A stretch of DNA of 32,000 nt from Candidatus Saccharimonadota bacterium (lineage in GTDB: Bacteria > Patescibacteriota > Saccharimonadia > Saccharimonadales > Saccharimonadaceae), in contig NZ_CP045921.1 in assembly GCF_025273655.1 (NCBI RefSeq), positions 30,001 through 62,000 of the forward strand. Direction: 5' to 3'. The notes below the pieces were generated by a model that saw only the letters and a program-made list of their open reading frames with translations, ran no database searches and was not told the origin of the DNA. Shown here in pieces: positions 15,907 through 22,493 of this stretch. Made by a program: the position numbers and the translations under genes. How positions within the stretch are numbered: the stretch's first letter is position 1; each line of letters starts with the position of its first letter.

Positions 15907-17425
15907 AAGCATTGATGATTTTCTCAATAAGACGACCATGTATCGTCTGCTTATTTACTACCTAGGTGGACTGCTGGGCATCGCATTTGTCGTCAGTCTA
16001 TTTGGAAATCTCGGATTCAGTCCGGTTGCTCTATTGGTATCCACCGCGATTCTACTAGCCGCCTGTTGGGGCATCAACCGTGTCTTTGCATATGTGTTTC
16101 ATGTACCGATGAACCACGAGTCATCGATCATTACGGCACTCATTTTGGCGCTGCTCATTACGCCAAAACTTGGCCAGTATGACCTCTTGTTCTTACTCGC
16201 TGCCTCTGGCCTTGCTATGGCATCGAAGTACGTCCTGACCATACGTGATGTGCATATCTTCAATCCAGCGGCAATTGCTGTCGTCCTCACCGCGATCGGG
16301 CCACGGCAAGATGCAAGTTGGTGGGTCGGCACGGCTACCATGCTACCATTCGTTTTAGTCGGCGGCTTCTTGGTAGTACGCAAGATCAGGCGCGAAGCAA
16401 TGGTAATTGGTTTTCTGCTATCAACATTTATTGCAACAGCAGTCTTTACCATACTGAGCCACGGTGATGCGCTAACAGCACTCAAACAAGCAGCCCTGAC
16501 TTCGCCAGTGTTCTTCTTAGCGTTCGTGATGCTAACCGAGCCACTAACTTCGCCAGGTACGAAAGACAAACAAACGTGGTTCGGCATATTAGTCGGCCTC
16601 CTCGTACCACCGCAAGTACATATTTTTAGCTTCTATACATCACCAGAAATTGCCTTAGTCATCGGCAACGTATTCGCCTATATCGTGAATCCACGCGTTC
16701 GAGTTTTCCCAGTACTGACGCAAAAACTTAGGATTGCAGCCAATAGTGTCGATTTTGTCTTTAATTCTGACAAGAAACTCTCATATCGGCCGGGGCAATA
16801 CATGGAGTGGACGTTGCCGCATACTGGCATCGATAGCCGTGGTAATCGCCGTTACTTCACACTGGCATCATCACCAACGGAAGCAACACTACGGCTCGGC
16901 ATTAAGTTCTACGAACCAAGTAGCAGCTACAAGAAAGCAATGCTCGATATGACTGACAAGACGCAAATCGTGGCCGCCCAAGTTGCCGGTGATTTTGTCC
17001 TACCGCTTAGCAAAAAACAGAAGCTAGTTTTTATCGCCGGTGGTATTGGGGTCACACCATTCCGTAGCATGGTGAAATACCTGATCGATAAAAATGAACA
17101 ACGCGATGTAAAGGTGCTGTACGCCGCCAATAACTTACAGGACATTGCCTACGGTGATGTCTTTGAGCAAGCAAGACAACAACTGAATATTGCAACGACC
17201 TATGTGCTGGCGAAGCCTGATCAGAGCCAAAATCCAGCACCAAATACACGTGTCGGATATGTGGACGCAGCCGCAATCCAAGCGACCGTACCCGATTATC
17301 GCAGCCGCATATTCTACATTTCAGGCAGTCATCAAATGGTTGTCAGCGTGCAAGGCGCTTTGCTAGGTCTTGGCGTACCCCGTGGCCATATTAAGACGGA
17401 TTACTTCCCTGGATATGATGTATAG
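15899..17425 (+). CDS. Fusion protein: RnfD/NqrB-like polytopic membrane domain plus C-terminal FNR-like FAD/NAD(P)H oxidoreductase domain
   Basis: Membrane-domain motifs HIFNPAAIAVV and FVMLTEPLTSP. Reductase motifs RRYFTLAS (RxYS/T) and LVFIAGGIGVTPFRSM. The ATG at 15899 overlaps the apbE stop (ATGCTTAA). Confidence 0.75.
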   Translation: MLKSIDDFLNKTTMYRLLIYYLGGLLGIAFVVSLFGNLGFSPVALLVSTAILLAACWGINRVFAYVFHVPMNHESSIITALILALLITPKLGQYDLLFLLAASGLAMASKYVLTIRDVHIFNPAAIAVVLTAIGPRQDASWWVGTATMLPFVLVGGFLVVRKIRREAMVIGFLLSTFIATAVFTILSHGDALTALKQAALTSPVFFLAFVMLTEPLTSPGTKDKQTWFGILVGLLVPPQVHIFSFYTSPEIALVIGNVFAYIVNPRVRVFPVLTQKLRIAANSVDFVFNSDKKLSYRPGQYMEWTLPHTGIDSRGNRRYFTLASSPTEATLRLGIKFYEPSSSYKKAMLDMTDKTQIVAAQVAGDFVLPLSKKQKLVFIAGGIGVTPFRSMVKYLIDKNEQRDVKVLYAANNLQDIAYGDVFEQARQQLNIATTYVLAKPDQSQNPAPNTRVGYVDAAAIQATVPDYRSRIFYISGSHQMVVSVQGALLGLGVPRGHIKTDYFPGYDV

Positions 17426-17518
17426 ATATTAGTATAAAAAGCCCTGTATGAAACAAACGTGAGATTAAAATAGGAACTTATCACGCACCTCTCATCTTTC
17501 ATTGAGTACAATAGGAGT

Positions 17519-18190
17519 ATGCAATTATTATTGGTTGAAGATCAGAAACGTCTGGCAGGGCTGCTCAAGCGCTCGCTCATCGAAGATGGCTATGCGGTAG
17601 ATATCGCCTCAGACGGTCAAGAAGCAATCGACAAGTTTGATATCAACAATTACGATCTCATCATTTTAGATATAATGTTGCCAATCAAAGACGGCATAGA
17701 GGTTTGCCAAGAAATACGACGTTCCAATACGGACATTCCAATTCTCATGCTGACCGCACTCGATGGTGTTGATGATCGCATCAAAGGGCTGGATAGCGGT
17801 GCTGACGATTATCTCGTTAAGCCATTTTCAGACGGTGAATTGTCGGCACGGGTGCGGGCGCTCCTCCGACGTAGTGGTAACGGTCGCCCGACTATCCTGA
17901 TTATCGGCGAGCTGGTGTTAAATCCAGCGACAAAGAGCGTGACATACAAAGGCACTCTGTTGCCGCTAACCGCCAAAGAATATACGCTGCTAAGCTACTT
18001 CATGTATCATGCGGGCGAATTGCTTTCAAAGAACGATCTCTTAGAGCATGTCTGGGATATGAATTATGATGGCTTGTCGAACGTGGTAGAAACCTATGTA
18101 CGATATCTCCGTAAACGCCTGCGTGATGTTGATAGTAGCAAGGAACTTATCACAACCGTCCGCAATCTGGGCTACAGGTTAGACGCATGA
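17519..18190 (+). CDS. OmpR/PhoB-family response regulator (TCS-2)
   Basis: MQLLLVEDQ, DLIILDIMLP, LTALDGVDDRI and KPF, plus winged helix (LTAKEYTLLSYF ... VRNLGYRL). TACAAT lies 6 nt upstream of the ATG. Confidence 0.9.
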   Translation: MQLLLVEDQKRLAGLLKRSLIEDGYAVDIASDGQEAIDKFDINNYDLIILDIMLPIKDGIEVCQEIRRSNTDIPILMLTALDGVDDRIKGLDSGADDYLVKPFSDGELSARVRALLRRSGNGRPTILIIGELVLNPATKSVTYKGTLLPLTAKEYTLLSYFMYHAGELLSKNDLLEHVWDMNYDGLSNVVETYVRYLRKRLRDVDSSKELITTVRNLGYRLDA

Positions 18191-19179
18191 ACGGACTCAA
18201 GCAAACCACTCTCCGATTGACCATCCAATACTCGTTGATCTTTTTTGCCTTTGTATGGTTATTCAGTGGTGGTATCTATCTTTGGGTAAATAATTCACTT
18301 GGCGAGGGCTATGTCAATCGCATCAACAATGCGCTTGAGCAGCAGCATAGCACCACAAAACACCCGGTCGAGTTGTCCGATAGTGATGCGGCAGTGGCGG
18401 CAGATATTACGCTCGACAAGCTCCGTGACATACTCATCACGGTCAACACGGTCGCCTTGGTAGTTATCCCACTTGCCGCATACTACATCTCGCGTCGCAC
18501 GCTAAAACCTCTTGTCGAGAGTCAGAAATCGCAGCAACGTTTTGTTGCCAATGCCTCGCACGAACTCCGCACACCGCTGGCGGTGATGCTGGCTGATCTT
18601 GATTGGGCGGCCAAGAAGCCGCGCAGTGCCGACGAATACAAAACCACAATCTACAATACCCGCGAAGAAGTGAAACAAATGACCACGCTCGTCACCAGTC
18701 TTTTGCTACTGGCGCGACTCAATGACACGATGACGATCAAGAAACAAGCCGTGTCACTCAGTGATGCGGTACTAAGCGCCATAAAGTACTACGACCACGC
18801 AGCACAGGCGCGGCACATTTCGTTCAAAACAGCACTTGAAACCGATGAAATAGGAGGTGACACCGAACTTATTGGTATTGTTCTGCGCAACCTTGTCGAT
18901 AATGCAGTGAAGTATGCCAATGAACGCACGACCGTTGAGATTAGCAGCGAAACGGCAGGCAAAAAAGCCCGCGTGACTGTCCGCAATACCGCCGACGAGT
19001 TTGATGCAAGCAAACTCACGCACCTGTTTGATCGGTTCTACCAAAGCGACGAACATCAAGGTGGCGAAGGTTTTGGTCTAGGACTGGCGATTGCCCAGCA
19101 AATCGTTGAAGCACATGGCGGGCAGATTGAAGCACGCACACTTGGCGAGCATACAATCGAGATTAGTTTTGTACTGTAG
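18187..19179 (+). CDS. Sensor histidine kinase (TCS-2), 2 TM, 330 aa
   Basis: H-box FVANASHELRTPLAVM; DNAVKYA; GFGLGLAIAQQIVEAHGG. ATGA overlap with the RR stop. Confidence 0.9.
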   Translation: MNGLKQTTLRLTIQYSLIFFAFVWLFSGGIYLWVNNSLGEGYVNRINNALEQQHSTTKHPVELSDSDAAVAADITLDKLRDILITVNTVALVVIPLAAYYISRRTLKPLVESQKSQQRFVANASHELRTPLAVMLADLDWAAKKPRSADEYKTTIYNTREEVKQMTTLVTSLLLLARLNDTMTIKKQAVSLSDAVLSAIKYYDHAAQARHISFKTALETDEIGGDTELIGIVLRNLVDNAVKYANERTTVEISSETAGKKARVTVRNTADEFDASKLTHLFDRFYQSDEHQGGEGFGLGLAIAQQIVEAHGGQIEARTLGEHTIEISFVL

Positions 19180-19187
19180 GAAGCAAT

Positions 19188-19245
19188 GCTATTTTTCTTT
19201 CAGAAAAATAGCCAACTCCCCAAACGGCAAGCCGTTTACGGAGTT
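19188..19245. terminator. Two adjacent hairpins between convergent genes
   Basis: GCTATTTTTC-tttca-GAAAAATAGC at 19188-19212. AACTCC..AAACGGC-aa-GCCGTTT..GGAGTT at 19214-19245. Confidence 0.6.
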
Positions 19246-19255
19246 AGGTAAATAG

Positions 19256-20071
19256 TCACAGGCTCATACGCCCAGAATCTTCATCGTCATCATCTATCTT
19301 CTGCCATAGTTTAGCTGTGCCAGTGGTTTTATCGAGCTGCTCCCTCGTCACTGTCGCAAATGTTACCTCGTCAGTAATATATTTTTCGTCGAGCGCTCTT
19401 TTGATCTGTCCCATGAGTTTCTTCTGCGTCTTGGCGTCCTGACACACGGCGAGAACAGTTGGTAAAGCATACTCATCGGTTGGCCACTCTCCCTCTTCAG
19501 CGTAAGTGATATAATTACGGGCTTTCCGCACACTCACAAAGAAGGGCGTCGTGTCATCCCAGATATCAAGAAAGTAGCGACGAGGCGCTTCTTGCCTTGT
19601 TTTGGGCTTGAAGCTCAGGAAGAGATCAGGCTTCCAGGTTGGAAAGTAGCTATAGGCTACCATGGAGCTTTTGGTAAATAGACGGAGCTTGTCGCCATAT
19701 AGGGCTTGTAACTGCAACGCTATATCAGCCACGTTCAGACAATGTGCGATAAAGTCCGGCGACACGGTTTTGTTTTTGTAGAGGGCTTTTATAGCCCACT
19801 CGTTCGTACTATCGGGTGGTAATGTCCTAGCTCCTTTGGGTGTCAAAAAGTATTCTGCGGCACGTCCTGCAAGCTTGTATGATGGCTGGTAACGCTTGCT
19901 AATATAGCCTTGTTCTTCCAGTATTTGCAGCTTGTTTTGTATAGCTTTATGGCTCGGTTTACCTAGATGCTTAGCTATTTGTTTACTGGTACTGAATCGA
20001 GATTTATAGAGCCAATTTAATACTGCTAATTGTTCGGAGTTTAAGGGTCTATGGTATTTGGCTACAGTCAT
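19256..20071 (-). CDS. Replication-relaxation-like winged-helix protein (mobile-element associated)
   Basis: N-terminal wHTH LNSEQLAVLNWLYKSRFSTSKQIAKHLG...LQILEEQGYISKRY, followed by FIAHCLNVADIALQL. The resemblance to the Replic_Relax family is judged from memory only. ATG at 20071. Confidence 0.45.
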   Translation of the reverse strand: MTVAKYHRPLNSEQLAVLNWLYKSRFSTSKQIAKHLGKPSHKAIQNKLQILEEQGYISKRYQPSYKLAGRAAEYFLTPKGARTLPPDSTNEWAIKALYKNKTVSPDFIAHCLNVADIALQLQALYGDKLRLFTKSSMVAYSYFPTWKPDLFLSFKPKTRQEAPRRYFLDIWDDTTPFFVSVRKARNYITYAEEGEWPTDEYALPTVLAVCQDAKTQKKLMGQIKRALDEKYITDEVTFATVTREQLDKTTGTAKLWQKIDDDDEDSGRMSL

Positions 20072-20182
20072 ACTAATCGTCAATCACTTTCTTCTTTATA
20101 TTTATATATAAAAAGAGAGGAAAAAGAAAGAGAAAAAACAGATAGAAAAGAGTTTTATAGCTTGGGTATCGGTAACTAATTT

Positions 20183-21127
20183 TTAAGAACGCTTGCGAGT
20201 GAGGTTTTTATACATGAGGCGCTTGCCGTAGATGTTATCAAACCAAGCCTCAAAACGCTCGCCGTCAGTCAGTTCACGTGTGTTCCAGCGGAAACTATAC
20301 TCGTCACAATAAAGCTGCAAATGCTTGGCGCTGACATGGTGGTAAATGCCATTGATACCGCGCTTTAAGTGCGACCAAAAACTCTCTGCGGTGTTCGTAC
20401 TAGCCATACCGTTTACAAACTCTTTGACGCCGTGATTGACGCTTTCGTGCTTGAAACCAAGTTTAGGCAACGTGCGATATGGCATGTGTTCGTCTGTGTA
20501 GATCGTCGCGTCAATGTCGATGTTTTTGCGTGCCAAGTTCATGAGCGTATTGCTGCCAGTATCTTTTGTAGCAATCGCGCGTAGTCTGCCGCCGCGTTCA
20601 ACCATACCAACAACGGGCGCTTTACTATTCTTGCTGCCGTGACCTTGTGCGCCCTTGCCGGTGAGGGTCTTGAGCTTCTTACTATGGTGTTTGTTCTTAT
20701 CAGAGCCGCCTATATACGCCTCATCCATTTCAACCTCGCCAGTGAGCTTTTCAAAGCTGCCTGTTTCAAATACATGTCGTATACGCTGGAGCATAAACCA
20801 CGCGGTCTTTTGGGTAACGCCAATATACCGACTAAGCTGAAGCGACGATATACCTTTTTTGAGGCTTGTACATAGGTAGATAGCCAAGAACCATTTTTGT
20901 AGTGGCACGGGGCTATCTTCAAAGATACTGCCTATACGCACCGTAAACGGACTACGGCAGCTTGCGCATTTTAGACGGCCTGTTTTTAGTTTGTATACTT
21001 TGACGCCTATTTCGCCACATTTTGGGCATGTAACGCCGTTTGACCAGCGCTGCTCAAACAAGAACTTTTGACACTGTTCTTCTGTGGCAAATGAGTTGTA
21101 GAATTGAATGAGGTTGAATGCTTCCAT
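20183..21127 (-). CDS. IS1595-family (ISXO2-like) DDE transposase
   Basis: N-terminal transposase zinc ribbon (CPKCGE...CASCRSPFTVRIGSIFEDSPVPLQKWFLAIYL). DDE-domain region with EMDEAYIGG and YTDEHMPY. Confidence 0.85.
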   Translation of the reverse strand: MEAFNLIQFYNSFATEEQCQKFLFEQRWSNGVTCPKCGEIGVKVYKLKTGRLKCASCRSPFTVRIGSIFEDSPVPLQKWFLAIYLCTSLKKGISSLQLSRYIGVTQKTAWFMLQRIRHVFETGSFEKLTGEVEMDEAYIGGSDKNKHHSKKLKTLTGKGAQGHGSKNSKAPVVGMVERGGRLRAIATKDTGSNTLMNLARKNIDIDATIYTDEHMPYRTLPKLGFKHESVNHGVKEFVNGMASTNTAESFWSHLKRGINGIYHHVSAKHLQLYCDEYSFRWNTRELTDGERFEAWFDNIYGKRLMYKNLTRKRS

Positions 21128-21133
21128 ACCTCT

Positions 21134-21162
21134 ATTGTATCAGGGGTGATTGGTAACGTCAA
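21134..21162 (-). promoter_or_regulatory. Transposase promoter TTGACG-17nt-TACAAT, with the ATG 6 nt after the -10 (leaderless)
   Basis: -35 at 21157-21162, -10 at 21134-21139, ATG at 21125-21127 on the minus strand. Confidence 0.6.
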
Positions 21163-21200
21163 GTATATAATTGCCTAAGATTATGTCACAATAGTACTAC

Positions 21201-21680
21201 ATGCGGGAGAGTCCCCATGTGAGGCACGAGAGGTGTAAGATGGGACACAAAATAAGTGTTGATGCACAGCGCAGTGATATGCAGTTTGAAGCTGCAAATA
21301 CTAGTTGTCGCCGTGCGGTCTTGGGGTTTATTGCTGCAAGACTTGCTCACGCACAAGGTGTGGGTGATTCACCGGATCCAATTCCCGTCACGGTGTATAG
21401 TCGCAACGACGAGCTGTGTGAAGGTTGGTATCTCGTCTGGGTAGGGTTGACCGGTGCGGAGACGGTCTGTGTGTTGGCGCAAGATCTCGACACTGAGACG
21501 GAGGACATCCGTGCGATTTCTGTCACGGTCGATCTTTCGGTCGACGATTATGCCACCACGGATAGCTTTGAAGTAGTCACCACTGGCATGCGGGAAGGCG
21601 ACGATACCCCAACATTCTGGGCGTTCGTACAGAGTACGATCGCTCTGCAGTGGAGTGAGGGCATCTACTTTGCCCACTAG
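21201..21680 (+). CDS. Hypothetical acidic protein (alternative start at 21240)
   Basis: 159-aa ORF with no recognisable family. The ATG at 21201 follows CACAAT by 8 nt. The ATG at 21240 follows GAGAGGTG. Confidence 0.4.
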   Translation: MRESPHVRHERCKMGHKISVDAQRSDMQFEAANTSCRRAVLGFIAARLAHAQGVGDSPDPIPVTVYSRNDELCEGWYLVWVGLTGAETVCVLAQDLDTETEDIRAISVTVDLSVDDYATTDSFEVVTTGMREGDDTPTFWAFVQSTIALQWSEGIYFAH

Positions 21681-21712
21681 CAGGAGGGGGTAGCGCCCTT
21701 CCCTCGTGCCCT

Positions 21713-21766
21713 ATGCGTCGATAACTGCCTAGTTATCCTGACGAGTCCTGGTAGGACGAAACGCAT
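21713..21766 (+). ncRNA. Type III hammerhead self-cleaving ribozyme
   Basis: Parse: ATGCGT-C(17)/GATAACT-gcct-AGTTATC-CTGACGA-GTCC-tggta-GGAC-GAA-ACGCAT. All core nucleotides are present: CUGANGA, G10.1-C11.1, GAA, A15.1-U16.1 and a GUC cleavage triplet. Helices are 7 bp (I), 4 bp (II) and 6 bp (III), all Watson-Crick. Confidence 0.85.
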
Positions 21767-21767
21767 T

Positions 21768-22223
21768 ATGAGTATCAACATCATCACAATCGGCAAAAAA
21801 CACGAACCCTGGATCACTGAGGGCCTGGATCGCTATCAGAAGCGCCTCCAGAAGCCTTATGACGTGAAATGGGTCTTGTTGCCGCATAGTAGTCTGGAGG
21901 GCACACAGGCGCGTCAAGAAGAGTCGGAGCGTATCGTGCAAAAGCTTGGCAAAGCTGAGTACGTGGTGTTGCTAGACGAAATTGGCAAAAACTTATCGTC
22001 GCCGGAGCTAGGTGCTATGCTTGATACTCAGTTTGGTCGGGGTAGCGTTACGCTTGTCATCGGAGGTGCTTACGGTGTTACACGCGAGCTGCAGCAACGT
22101 GCCGATCTGGTGTGGTCGCTGTCGCGCCTGGTGTTTCCGCATCAGCTTGTGCGGCTACTGCTCATCGAGCAACTCTACAGGGCTCAGGAAATACAAAAAG
22201 GTGGCAAATACCACCATATCTAG
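21768..22223 (+). CDS. rlmH: 23S rRNA (pseudouridine1915-N3)-methyltransferase RlmH (SPOUT family)
   Basis: MSINIITIGKK...YQKRL..., VLLDEIGKNLSS, LVIGGAYGV and LSRLVFPHQLVRLLLIEQLYRA, typical of RlmH. Confidence 0.9.
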   Translation: MSINIITIGKKHEPWITEGLDRYQKRLQKPYDVKWVLLPHSSLEGTQARQEESERIVQKLGKAEYVVLLDEIGKNLSSPELGAMLDTQFGRGSVTLVIGGAYGVTRELQQRADLVWSLSRLVFPHQLVRLLLIEQLYRAQEIQKGGKYHHI

Positions 22224-22435
22224 ACACATTCACTACCCTGTGTTCAGTAGTTGACTTTGATTCGTGCGCCAGTGAACTCCTGTAGAGGTTGCGGCGGTGG
22301 ACAAGTGGGTTATGAGATCTACCCGCTCTAGGGCTACGGCCACTTGAGGGGAGCCATTTTGGTGACAATTATGTATATCGGGGTGCACGATGCCGCGCAA
22401 TATTTGTTGATGAACACACATACTTCATCATGATA

Positions 22436-22464
22436 TTGACTTTTAATCATACTTATGCTAATAT
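22436..22464 (+). promoter_or_regulatory. Candidate promoter TTGACT-17nt-TAATAT
   Basis: Exact 17-nt spacer, about 30 nt upstream of the ATG at 22494. Confidence 0.45.
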
Positions 22465-22493
22465 GTATATACACAATATAACAAACACAAATA

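Larger units (their letters stand above)
20183..21185 (-). mobile_element. IS1595-family element; transposase-proximal end defined at 21150-21185, distal end not identifiable
   Basis: The 36-nt terminal repeat carrying the transposase -35 sits at 21150-21185. No inverted copy was found in 20084-20182. The only other copy in the window is at 6748-6783. Confidence 0.55.

Noticed and set aside
21187-21205. ACAATAGTACTA shared between the region upstream of ORF 21201 and the RR1 promoter (12874-12885), considered as a duplicated promoter
   Set aside because: By my rough estimate, tens of 12-nt identities arise by chance among all position pairs in 32 kb. Similarity stops right after ATGCG. I kept it only as weak support for a leaderless start at 21201.
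22224-22435. Unassigned ~210-nt intergenic stretch after rlmH with local hairpins (for example GTGGGT...ACCCGC around an AGATCT palindrome); checked for a tRNA or known ncRNA
   Set aside because: There is no T-loop (GTTCRANNC) or acceptor-stem pairing on either strand, and I could recognise no family motif. Left unannotated.
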